Position numbers and translations under genes: made by a program
Notes under the pieces: model-generated
Databases searched by the model: none
Told to the model about the DNA's origin: nothing
Seen by the model: the letters and a program-made list of their open reading frames with translations, nothing else
Source of the DNA: Malacoraja senta
Taxonomy: Eukaryota
Direction of reading: 5' to 3'
DNA length: 64,000 nucleotides
NCBI GenBank assembly: GCA_038087875.1
Contig: CM075988.1
Location: 1,860,001-1,924,000 of the forward strand
Part shown: piece after piece, positions 25,215 to 37,045 of the stretch
Numbering within the stretch: the stretch's first letter is position 1
Layout of the letters: each line of letters opens with the position of its first letter

Positions 25215-26884
25215 TTTAAGCCCTGGGGGAGCATTTTTCTTTTGTTATTGTTTAATAAATACCATTATTGTTTACAAACACATTCATGGTTGATTACGAT
25301 AACATACTTCCTCCTTTGAATGACTTTGGCAGCGAGTGAAGTATGAACTGTTACACGGTTTGAAATCACAGAGCTTTAAAATCTTCACGTAGTCACTCAC
25401 GTGACTCCGAAGTAAAATAGTAAGATTAAACGAGAACTTACCAGTTTGAAGTTTGATCTGTATTTTATGAGGAGTTACGATGAGGGATTACGTGCCCTCC
25501 GCTCCCACCCTCAATTATAGAGATCAACTGGTATCTTAGTTCTCCTTTTTCTTTACTATGTTTATTTCAATTATTGTGTTTTCTGTGATTCCACACCGCT
25601 GCTTTGAAGTATGTCGCGCATGCGTGCTGGACGGGTTCTTCACGTAATCCCTCATCGTAACTCCTCATAAAATACAGATCAAACTTCAAACTGGTAAGTT
25701 CTCGTTTAATCTTACAATTTTGGTCGCCTAATTATAGGAAGGATGTCAACAAAATAGAGAGAGTACAGAGCAGATTTACTAGAATGTTGCCTGGGTTTCA
25801 GCAACTAAGTTACAGAGAAAGGTTGAACAAGTTAGGTCTTTATTCTTTGGAGCGCAGAAGGTTAAGAGGGGACTTGATAGAGGTCTTTAAAATTATGAGT
25901 GGGTTAGACAGAGTTGACGTGGATAAGCTTTTTCCATTGAGAGTAGGGAAGATTCAAACAAGGGGACATTACTTGAGAATTAAGGGACAGAAGTTTAGGG
26001 GGAACATTAGGGGGAACTTCTTTACTCAGAGAGTGGTAGCTGTGTGGAATGAGCTTCCAGTGGAAGTGGTGGAGGCAGGTTCGATTTTATCCTTTAAAAA
26101 TAGATTGGATGGGTATATGGACGGGAAAGGAATGGAGGGTTATGGTCTGAGTGCAGGAAGATGGGACTAGGGGGAACTAATTTTAAAAATAAATTTAAAA
26201 AAAGTGTTCGGCACAGACTTGAAGGGCCGAGATGGCCTGTTTCCGTGCTGTAATGGTTATATGGTTATTATATGGTTGATATAAACATCCACCACAGTGA
26301 CTCCTCCACATTCCTCACTGTAATGGAAGTAAAAAAAAAGTTATCTTCCCTTCTTTGTTCTCCCGTGGTCAGGGGCCTCGAGCCCTCCTTTGCTGGGAGA
26401 ATCTTGCCTCCCGTAGCCGGCGGCGGGTGATCAGCTCCTGCATCGGGGGATGTCAGCTCCTCCACGCTGGCGATCGGACCCCGCGTCGGGGCTGGTCAAA
26501 CCTTCCACAACTTTGGAGCTCCCGACACCCACGGCCTCTCCCGAGATTGCAAGCTCCCGATGTAAAGTCCGCAGGCCGTGGTTGGAGCGATCCCAGGCAA
26601 GGAATCGACTCTGATGTAAGTCCATGCCCAGTGGTGGGGTCCAAGGTCAGTCTGAGGAGGCCTCCAGCTCCATCGATGGTAGGCCGCAGAGTGACCGGAG
26701 AATGCGATCCAAAAATTTATCGCATCTCCAGCAAGGTAAGAAACTGAAAAAAAAAGTTTCCCCGACCCCAACCCCTGCCCCTCCGTAAAACAAACCGGAG
26801 AACATTTACACACACTAAAAATTAAAAAAAAAAACATAAACAGACTGTTGGCGGGGCTGCCAATCATGTGGCGCCCCTAATGGT

Positions 26885-27560
26885 CATCTTTATTTTAGGC
26901 TTATTATGGGGGCTAGTCCCTTCAGTTTTCTTTTCAGCATATAAAAGTCAAGTCAAGTCAAGAGAGTTTATTGTCCTGCTCAATTGGGTTCAGATCGGGT
27001 GATTGACTTGGCCAGTCAAGAATTGACCATTTTTTAGCTTTGAAAAACTCCATTGTTGCTTTAACAGTATGTTTGGGATCATTGTCTTGCTGTAGAATGA
27101 ACCGCCGGCCAAAGGGTTTTGAGGCATTTGTTTGAACCTGAGCAGATGGGATGTGTCTATACATCTCAGAATTCATTATGCTACTACCATCAGCAGTTGT
27201 ATCGTCAATTAAGATAAGTGAGCCAGTATATTCAGCAGCCATACATGCCCAGGCCATAACGCCCCCACCACTGTTTCACAGATGAGGGGGTATGCTTTGG
27301 ATCTTGGGCAGTTCCTTCTCTCCTCCATACTTTGCTCTTGCCATCACTCTGATGTAAGTTAATCTTCGTCTCATTTGTCCACAAGACATTTTTCCAGAAC
27401 TGTGGTTGCTCTTTTAAGCAAACTGCAACCCGGTTATCCTATTTTTGCAGCTAACCAGTGGTTTGCATCTTACCTCTGTATTTCTGTTCATGAAGACTTC
27501 TGCGGACAGTGGTCATTGACAAATCAACTAACAGTTTTTTCTTGTTTCTCAGTCTCATAA
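26885..27560 (-). pseudogene. Tc1 transposase catalytic domain (C-terminus displaced to ~20030-20117)
   Basis: VLWTNETKIN (first Asp replaced by Asn); QDNDPKH...WPSQSPDLNPIE with 34-residue D-E spacing; IQAWQSITRKVTQQLVMSM read on minus at ~20117-20060. Confidence 0.9.
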
Positions 27561-28074
27561 TGGCTTCTTTGACTTTCATCGGCACAACTTTCGTCCTCGT
27601 TGATAAACAGCAATAAAGGTTTTCAAGGATGATGGAAAGGTGCTGAGTGCTCTTGTACCTGCATTAAGGAGGCAATTAAACACACCTGAGCAATTACAAA
27701 CACCTGTGAAGCCATGTGTCCCAAACATTATGGTGCCTTTAAATGGGGAGACTATGTATAAACAGCTGTAATTTCTACATGATGAAACCAAAATGAATAA
27801 AAATTACATTTAATAAATTCTGACAATGTGCACTTTAACCACATGTGATTTGTTTCTATTACAAATCTCATATTGTGTAGTACAGAGGCAAATAAATAAA
27901 TGATGGTTCTTTGTCCCAAACATTATAGGGGGCGCTGTAAGAGTCCTGAAGTCATGTTACAGTTTAGTAAAACGTTGGCTAGGTTGCATTTGGAGTACTT
28001 TGGAATACTGGTCACCCCATTAAAGGAAAGATGTGAAGGCTTCGGAGAGAGTGCAAAGAGGTTTATCAGAATAA

Positions 28075-28205
28075 TCTGAAGAATGGTCTTGACCGGAAAC
28101 GTCACCCATTCCTTCTCTCCAGAGATGCTGCCTGTCCCGCTGAGTTACTCCAGTTTTTTGTGTCTTTCTTTGGTTTAAACCAGCATCTGCAGTTCCTTCT
28201 TACAC
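28075..28205 (+). mobile_element. Penelope terminal repeat (single arm, hammerhead-like core) inserted in a CR1 fragment
   Basis: CTGAAGAATGGTCTTGACCGGAAACGTCACC; TTTATCAGAAT flanks both sides (~28062-72, ~28207-17). Confidence 0.7.
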
Positions 28206-28808
28206 ATTTATCAGAATGCTGCCTGGATTAAAAGATGTAAGGAGAGTTTGAACACACAACTTGTTTCCTGAAGTAATGAGGTTGAGGGAGTCCTGATTGA
28301 GGTATAAAATTATGAAAATATAAAACTAGGGCACAGAGAATGTTTTTCCAAGGGTGGAAATGTCAGACACTACAGGGCATAGCTTTAAGGACAGAGGGGG
28401 GAAGTTTAAAGGAGATGTGCGGGGCAAGTTATTCACACAGAGTTGGTGGGGACCTGGAACGCGCTGCCAGGGATGGTGGTGGAGACAGGTGCGATGGTGG
28501 TGCTTTAGAGGTTTTAAGATAGGCACGTGGATATGCAGGGAATGGAGAGATCGTAGTCGGCAGACAGAGGAGATTAGTTTATCTTGGCATCATGCTCGGC
28601 TGAGACATTGTGGGCTAAATGGCCTTTTCCTGTGTTGTACTGTTCCATTTCAATGTTAGTTGCTGGGAAATTATTGGAGAAATGCAGAAGGGGCAGGATT
28701 TATGCACGTTTGGAAAGGCAAGTGGTCAGGAAGGGTTAGCATGGCTTTGTGCAGTGAAATCCTATCTCACTGAGAGCGCTCTTATGTCTCTCAGTGAACA
28801 TATGTGCT

Positions 28809-29090
28809 CATCATCATCATTGAAAACATCAACGGGCATGGTGCCTTACAATGCCGTGTACGACAGTGATCGCAACTTCTACTGAAGTGTGGATGGCCGT
28901 TGGCTCGCTAGGAGCTCATCCTCCCTTTGACAGGTCTTGGTTTTGGTCCTGCTGGGGGTCCACAGCCCCCTCCTCACCTGGTAAACCAGGTGGGAGAGAC
29001 GGTTTAGTCGCCGACTATCCGACTATGGAGCAGGTAACTGGGGATTACATGGTACCCGTGGCGTGGGTACTCCCCCAGACCTGACCTACT
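28809..29090 (-). mobile_element. Short RTE-related non-autonomous retroposon (tentative)
   Basis: (TGA)n tail on minus, several hairpins, imperfect TGTGCT-containing flanking repeat. Confidence 0.45.
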
Positions 29091-29589
29091 CGTGTGTGCT
29101 ACTCGTATGAATGTCTGTCAGTGTGATGATCCCTATTTGTAATAGTGCAGTGTAGTGGGTACTGTCTTTAGACATTAGATATACAGCGTGGAAACAGGCC
29201 CTTCGGCCCACTGAGTCCGCGCCGACCAGCGATCACCCCGTACACTGGCACCATCCTACACACTAGGGACAATTTACAATTGCACCAAATCTAATTGATC
29301 CACAAACCTGTATGTCTATAGAATGTGGGGCATAACCGGAGCACCTGGAGAAAACCAATGTGGTCACAGGGAAAATGTACAAACTCCACAAAGACAGCAC
29401 CTGTAGCCAGGATCGAACCTGTGTCTCTGGCGCTGTGAGATCACAACTCTACAGCCACACCACTGTGTCCATTGGTGAATGTGTATGAATGGGTTGATAT
29501 GATACCTGTCTCCATACCCTGATGTTCAGCTGTGTGTTTGTAATGGGATACTTTATAGTCACTTGTGGACTAGGCACAGTGAAATTCTT

Positions 29590-30365
29590 TGCTTGCATAC
29601 CCAATGTACACCTACAGCGCTGACTGCTCCTGCACACTCTGCACTTCCTCGCCCTTGTCTTCCATCCGGACACGCCCTGGCGGTCCGTGTTACCACCTGA
29701 CGGTGGGATTGGTCCTCAGTGGAGGTCTTTCTATAAGGGAGTCCTCCCCCTTTACATCGGGGACCTGGGGTGCAAAGTGTTGCACATGGCTGTGGCCTGT
29801 AACAGATTCTTGAGCCGGTTCACGGACTCACCAGCCGCCTGTAACTTCTGCAGCGAGGAAAAGACCGTGTCCACGTCCACATGCAGTGTGAGAGGTTGCA
29901 GCCCCTGTTCGACTATCTGAAGGGGCTGTTCCTCAGGTTTTGGCTACATTTTAGCCCCACAGATATTTGGGCACCCAGTACAGAGGGGGAAGGTCGGGAG
30001 GGAGGGGGGGATCGCCCTGTCCGTCTGCTGCTGGGCCTGGCCAAGATGGCTGTTGGCGGGTCCAGGCAGCGGGTGGTCGATGGCCGCACCTGGGTTGACT
30101 GCCTGCCCCTTTTCCAGGCCTATGTCCATGCCCGCGTGTCCTTGGAGATGGAACACGCGGTGTCCACGGGGGACTTTGGAGACCTTCCGTGAACGCTGGT
30201 CGCCGCGGGAGGTCGAGTGTTTATTGGTGTTATATTAAGTTGGCGTTATATTAATTTGATGATCGTTTGTTTGTAAAACTGTCAACATAGGCAGTCTTTG
30301 ATTGTGTTAATTTGTATGTTTAATTTGAATTTTTGAAAAAAAGTATTTGTATAATTTTAAAAAAC
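29590..30365 (+). mobile_element. Tx1/L1-clade LINE ORF2 C-terminus (zinc knuckle) and 3' UTR
   Basis: GDLGCKVLHMAVACNRFL..CNFCSEEKTV.H...CERLQPLF..LLLGLAKMAV; A-rich end. Confidence 0.75.
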
Positions 30366-31814
30366 GTCGCTGGTAAAGTTACAAAGCACGCCGGCTCCTT
30401 CTTTTGTTCACCCCCCCCCCTCTCCCCACAACGGTTCCCCCACACCGGGTCCCAATTGCCCATTGTTCTCCCACTACCTCCTTCATGGCGGTTCTGTGTC
30501 TGTGCATCGAGTAGTGACCATGCCCCACTTGTGACGTTATATCCGTCAGTGTGAGATCGGAGTGTGCAGAATAGCCCAGGCAGTGAAGGCTTCCTCCCTG
30601 ATGTCCACCTCCCCTTCCTTTCCCAGGGATGGGCTGACCCTCCCAAATCTACGCCCATCTACGAATGCTGTGCAGTCAGATCTCTGCCCAGATGTAACCA
30701 GATCACTTTACCAAAACGATTCCTTGCAAATTCAATGACAACATCCGTTGTGATTGTGACTGAATTCATCTGTATCTTCATCCTCCTTCATCCTTCATCC
30801 ACAACTTCTGCCATTGTACATCTTGCCAATTTCCTACACATCTCCACATCCTTATGTGGTGAAGGGGTCTACATTCAGCGGGTTTCTTCCCTATCTGCCC
30901 CGCTGCACACTGAGGTTTATAGCGCTAGATCTCTCCACCCTTGATCCGCTGCCTATAGTTGTCTTGCCCAGGACTCTCTCTTCAACTCCCCAATCATTTA
31001 AAAACTGTGCCAGTTTCCACCTTTGAGAACATTTGCCCTTTGGTTGCCTTTTTCTTGACATCCTCACTGTTCATGTGATAGAAGCAGAAGTAGGCCGTTC
31101 AGCCCATCGTCTACTCCACCATTCAATCGTGGCTGATCTATCTTTCCCTCTCAACCCCATTCTTCTGCCTTCTCTCCTTAACCCCTGACACCTTTACTAA
31201 TCAAGAATCTATCTATCTCTGCCTTAAAAATGTCCATTGGCTTGGCCTCCTCAGCCTTCTGTGGCAATGAATTCCACAGAGTCACCACCCACTGTCTCTA
31301 ATTAGATGGAGTGTCTGACACCCAATGTTTGGTGAGCAGCGATCCCTTCAACTGAACATCAGACGAGTGAAACCGCTGTCTCTGCTCCCTGAGGCCGGGT
31401 CTGTTCCCCGGACGCCATCCCTGGCCCTGAGGTGTGGCAGGCTGACACCACTGGACTCACCCTGTCACTTTCTGACTAGACCATCGCTCAGACCGCCTCC
31501 TCCCGCCTCCCTGTGTGACTGGGTACCACCGCAGCCTCAGCTCGCTGTGGGCTGAATCGTAGTAATCACTGCCCGTTTACAGTTGCCAACAACAACATGA
31601 GGTTTGTTTATATTCCAAAATCCAAATCTTCAACTTCACGTATATGTAGTGACCATGAGATACTGAATGTATAAATCAGAGACATGTCCATCAAACCCAA
31701 AACAAACCATCCCATCAGGTTTCAGAACCAACGCACACCCAGGATTTTATCAGGATTGACAGTTGATGATAATTGAGTGGACTGGATTTGTCTTTCTGTT
31801 TTGAACAAGACTTA

Positions 31815-32345
31815 TGGGCCTGTCCCATTTAGGCGATCTCTTTGGCGACTGTCACAAAAACGGCGTCTGGATCCCCCCTACGACAATGGCTACAACGACC
31901 TACCACCTAGTCGACGTCAAGCTACAGGAAGCTACGGATAACCGGCGACCCATTAGGACATCCACCTACAACCACACCTACGACAACCTATATCCACCCG
32001 CGACAAGCTACGACAAGGTAGGATAATTCAGTCACCGGTACCTGTCGCCGGTTGACGTAGGTAGTCGCCAATGGAATTCACCGAAGTCAGCACCGGTGAC
32101 ATCCTACGACAGCACCTACGTCAGGAGAAGTCAAGCTACGCTCATTGGCGTCAAGCCAACTGTCGCCGACTGTCACCAAAAAGTTTTGAACATTTCAAAA
32201 TCCAGCGGTGACCAGTAAAACGCTACGATTCTTTGGGCAACTGAAGAGACGACTCACGACCATACAGGCAACACCCCGGCGACCATGTGGCGACAGCCTA
32301 ATCGCCTGTAGTCGCCTAAAAATTTGCCTAAGTAGGACAGGCCCT
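31815..32345. mobile_element. Complete Harbinger-type MITE with TTA TSD
   Basis: TTA 31812-14, TGGGCCTGTCCCATTTAGGC ... GCCTAAGTAGGACAGGCCCT, TTA 32346-48. Confidence 0.85.
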
Positions 32346-33779
32346 TTATAGAGTCATATGGTCTTACAGCATGCAAACAGATCCTTTGACCCAACTTGCC
32401 CACACTGGCCAACATGTCTCATCTACACTAGTTCCACCTGCCTGTGTTTGGCCCATATTCCTCTAAACCTGTCCGAACCATGTACCTGTCTAAATGTTTC
32501 TTAAACGTTGTGATAATACTTGCCTCAACTGCCTCCTCCAGCAGCTGGTTCCATATACCTACCGCCCTTTGTGTGAAAAAAACCCTCAGGTTCCCATTAC
32601 ATTTTTTCCCCACTCACCTTAAACCTAAGATAGACACAAAATGGTGGAGTAACTCAGCGGGACAGGCAGCATCTCTTCTCTCCAGTGATGCTGCCGGTCC
32701 CGCTAAGTTACTCCAGCATAATTGTGGACAGATGCCAGTGTTGTTACTTTCTGGAGTGATTGGTTGGTGGGCTAGAGGTCTCTGAGTTTAAGTCCTCTGC
32801 TGGGATAGGGTTTGTTCCAAGAGCCTTTGTTGTGTCCAATGCTCTCGGCCATCTCTTGCTATCAGGTGGAGTGAATGGTTTGGCTGGGGACCTCAGGAAG
32901 GGGGATGAGAGGGAGCATCAGCTGAAGACTTTAGGGGGTAGAGTTTAGAGATACAGCATGGAAACAGGCCTTTCGGCCCAGCGATTCATGCACACTAACA
33001 CTACTCTACACACTAGGAACAATTTACGATTTTCCCAAACCAATAATCTACAAACCTGTACGTCTTTGGAATCCGAAGATATCGGAGAAAACCCATGCAG
33101 GTCATGGCAAGAACATACAAACTCCGGACAGACAGCACCCATAGTCAGGATTGAACCCGGGTCTCTGGTGCTGTAAGGCAGCAACTCTACCGCTATGCCA
33201 TCGTGCCGCTCCACCATGTGGCTGGACGTGATGGCAGATATGTCAACCTTCCCACCCTGAGAACTGCCAACAGTGCTGGGATCTGGGCGGTGCAGGGAGC
33301 CTCCTCCTTCTCCCATTTGCTGTTTAATTGTCCACCGCCACTCATGACGAGATGGGGTGGGCCAGCAGAGTTCAGTCTGATTGTTTACCATCAGTGTTTC
33401 AAGAACCTGTATTGCAGCTCGACGTGTTGGCTCCTCATCTCAACCTGATGCTCCCGCTCTGTCCCCTAAAGCAGGGTGATCGCCTGGACGGGCGGTAATA
33501 GCATAGTGAGGGGCCTAGTCTACAGATGGTGGTGGTGAACATTCCTGCAGCTGCTGATGGGACACATGGCTGTCCAGCTTTGAGCTGCCAGCATGGTCTA
33601 CTCACATACCCCGCGGTCGGTCTCACACATGGTGGAGGATAGTCTTGCTGATAGCAAAACAAGCTCCCATGGTGCTCCAAATAATATTGCGGTTCAGTAG
33701 CGGGTAGAGCCGCTGCCTGACAACATCGGAGTCTCACTTTTGATCCTGATCTCGGCTGCTGTCTGTGGAGTTTGCATGT

Positions 33780-36262
33780 AACATAGAAACATAGAAAATA
33801 ACCTCACATTTATCTATATTATACTGCATCTGCCACGCATCTACCCACTCACTCAACCTGTCCAGGTCACCCTGCAACCTCCTAACATCCTCGTCACAGT
33901 TCACACTGACACCCAGCTTTGTGTCATCCGCAAGCTTGCTAGTGTTGCTCCTAATTCCCTCTTCCAAATCATTAATATATATGGTAAACAGTTGCGGCCC
34001 CAACACCGAGCCTTGTGGGACTCCACTCGCCACTGCCTGTCATTCTGAAAAGGACCCGTTCACTCCTACTCTTTGCTTCCGGTCTGCCAACCAATTTTCT
34101 ATCCATGCAACACCCTACACCCAATACCATGCGCTCTAATTTTAGTCACCAGTCTCCCGTGCGGGACCTTATCAAAGGCTTTCTGAAAGTCTAGATACAC
34201 TACATTCACTGGCTCCCCTTCATCCATTTTACTTGTCACATCCTCAAAAAATTCCAGAAGATTAGTCAAGCATGATTTTCCTTTCATAAATCCATGCTGA
34301 CTTGGACTAATCCTTTTACTGCTATCCAAATGCCCCATTATTACCTCTTTAATAATTGACTCCAGCATCTTTCCCACCACCGAAGTCAGGCTAACTGGTC
34401 TGTAATTCCCCGTTTTTTCTCTCGCTCCTTTCTTGAAAAGTTGGATAACATTAGCTATTCTCCAATCCACAGGAACTGATCCTGAATCTATTGAACATTG
34501 GAAAATGATCACCAATTCATCCACTATTTCTAGAGCCACCTCCCTGAGGACCCTGGGATGCAGTCCATCAGGCCCCGGGGATTCATCATCCTTCAGTCCC
34601 ATTAGCCTACCCAATACTATTTCTCGTCTAATGAAAATTTCTTTCAGTTCCTCGACCCCCTTAGATCCTCTGTCCTCCAGTACTTCTGGGAGATTGTTTG
34701 TCTTCCTTCGTGAAGACAGTTCCGAAGTACCTGTTCAACTCTTCTGCCATTTCCTTGTTCCCCATAATAATTTCACCCGTGTCTGCCTTCAAGGGACCCA
34801 CATTTGACTTTGCTACTCTTTTTCCCTCAACGTATCTAAAGAAGCTTTTATTGTCCTTTATATTCCTGGCCAGCTTCCCTTCGTACTTCATCTTTTCAGC
34901 CCGTATGCCCGTTTTGTTTCCTTCTGTTGTCCTATGAAAGTTTCCCAATCCTCTGGCTTCCGGCTACTCTTTGCTGTGTCTTTTCTTTTACTACATCTTT
35001 TCTTTTAGTTTTATTCTATCCCTAACTTCTCTTGTCAGCCACTGTTGCCTCCTACTCCCCTTAGAATCTTTCTTCCTTTTTGGAATGAAATGATCCTGTG
35101 TCTTTCGGATTATGCACAGAAATTCCTGCCATTGCTGTTCCACAGTCATTCCTGCTAGTACCCTTTCCAGTCTACTTTGGCGAGCTCCTCTCTCATGCCT
35201 TCATAGTCCCCTTTGTTCAACTGCATCACTGACACTTCCGATTTAACCTTCTCCTTCTCAAATTGCAGATTAAAACTAATCATATTATGATTACTACCTC
35301 CAAGCAGTTCCTTTACCTCGAGTTCTCTTATCAAATTTGGTTCATTGGACAACACTAAATCCAGAATTGCCGTTTCTCTGGTCGGCTCCATTACAAGCTG
35401 CTCTAAGAATCCATCTCGGAGGCATTCTACAAACTCTCTTTCTTGGGGTCCTGAACCAACCTGATTTTCCCAGTCTACCTGCATATTGAAATCCCCCATC
35501 ACCACAGTGGCATTACCTTTGTTACATGCCAGTTTAAACTCCTGCTGCAACTTACACCCTACATCCGGGCTGCTATTTGGGGGTCTGTAGATAACTCGAA
35601 TTAGTGTCTTCTTGCCTTTGCAATTCCTCAACTCAATCCACAGTGACTCTACTTCGTCAGTCCCTATGTCTTCCCTCGCAAGGGACTGAATTCCATTCCT
35701 CACCAAAAGAGGTATCCCCCCCTCCTCTGCCCACCTGCCTGTCCTTCCTATAGGATGTAATACCCTGAATATTAATTTCCCAGACCCGATCCTCCTGTAG
35801 CCACGTCTCAGTAATCCCCACAATGTCATATCTACCAACCTCTAACTGAGCCTCAAGCTCATCTACTTTACTTCTTATACTTCACGCATTCATATACAAT
35901 ACTTTTAATTCCTTACGCATCTCACCTTTCACATCGATCCCTATTACACTTGGCCATACTCTCCTATCGCTTTGTGAGCTTTCTTTCCCGTTAATTCTGG
36001 GGTCATTAACTATCCCTTTACTCCCTTTCCCTTTAACTCCGTCCTTGACTATCCCATTTATCCCCCCCCCCCCATCCTTATTTAGTTTAAAACCACCCGT
36101 GTAGCAGTGGCAAACCTGCCTGCCAGAATGCTGGTCCCCCACCTGTTAAGATGCAATCCGTCCCTTTTGTACAGTTCCCCCTTACTCCAAAACAGACCCC
36201 AGTGGTCTAAGAATCTAAATCCCTGCCCCCTGCACCAGTTCCTCAGCCACACATTCAGGTCC
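33780..36262 (-). mobile_element. CR1 LINE with ORF1 SGNH-esterase end and ORF2 APE endonuclease + RT, inserted in an HE1 SINE
   Basis: LNVWLRNWC..GFRFLDHW..YKRDGLHLN; IYRPPNS, MGDFN, LDLVL; SPGPDGLHPRVL, YLDFQKAFDKV, GVPQGSVLGP, LADD; SINE halves ~33685-33779 and ~36263-36480. Confidence 0.92.
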
Positions 36263-36554
36263 TGTTCCCCCTGTGACCACACGGGTTTCCACCCACATTC
36301 CAAAGATGTAGCTTAATTGGCTCCTGTAAATTGTCCCTAATGTGTATGGAGTGGTAGAATCTTGGGGAAATTCATGGGAGATAAAGAAAATGATGAATGT
36401 ACGATTAATGTCAACAAGTGGTTGATGGTTGGCGAGGCCTTAACTGGGCGGACGGAATGGCCTGTTTCTGTGCTGCATCACTCGATGACTCCAACATGTT
36501 GGTGGTTAGACTAGTAGCAACTAGGGATAAAGAGGGTTATTGTCAGACAACCTC

Positions 36555-37045
36555 CACACTCACTCACACTTCATGCTCACACTCACACTCGCCTACACTC
36601 CCCGCACTCACACTGCACACGCTCACTCATGCCCTCCACACCCATACGCCCCACACTCACACTCACACACATTCTACACACGCACTCACTCACAATCCGT
36701 GCTCACCACACTCGCATTTCTCATACACAATGCACACTCACTCCACTCACTCACTCACTCACTCACTCACTCACTCACTCACTCACTCACTCACTCACAC
36801 TCACTCACTCACTCACTCACTCACACTCACTCACTCACTCACTCACTCACTCACTCACACTCACTCACTCACTCACTCCACTCACTCACTCACTCACTCA
36901 CTCCACTCACTCACTCACTCACTCACACTCACTCACTCACTCACTCTCACTCACTCACTCACTCACTCACTCACTCACTCACTCACTCACTCACTCACTC
37001 ACTCCCCTACTCGCACTCCACTCCCCACACTCAGTCACACTCGCA
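36555..37045. repeat. (TCAC)n microsatellite with degenerate CA-rich flanks
   Basis: Nearly pure array ~36735-37005. Confidence 0.97.

Larger units (their letters stand above)
20365..25715 (+). mobile_element. DIRS1-like tyrosine-recombinase retrotransposon, structurally complete
   Basis: Perfect 35-bp ITR (20380-20414 / 25611-25645); ICR 25382-25494 complementary to both ends; gag-RT-RH-MTase-YR order. Confidence 0.95.
20241..26280 (+). mobile_element. Young 5'-truncated CR1 split by DIRS (20241-20368 and 25716-26280)
   Basis: VKKAFGVLAFINQSIEYRS..LEYGVQF continues as WSPNYRKDV..MLPGFQQLSYRERLNKLGL; near-identical to the uninterrupted copy 47556-48231; (GTTATATG)n tail. Confidence 0.93.
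20118..26881 (-). mobile_element. Non-autonomous Rex1/L2-tailed retroposon split into 20118-20240 and 26281-26881
   Basis: (CACAAT)n tail and poly-A-signal-like end at the left; GC-rich body at the right; both pieces interrupt the Tc1 ORF and abut the CR1 ends. Confidence 0.55.
19748..27937 (-). mobile_element. Tc1 (DD34E, IR/DR type) DNA transposon expanded by nested insertions
   Basis: TA at 19746-47 and 27938-39; ~230-bp TIRs starting CAGTGCCCTCCATAATGTTTGGGACAAAG with inner direct repeats (~19951-78, ~27711-40). Confidence 0.92.
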
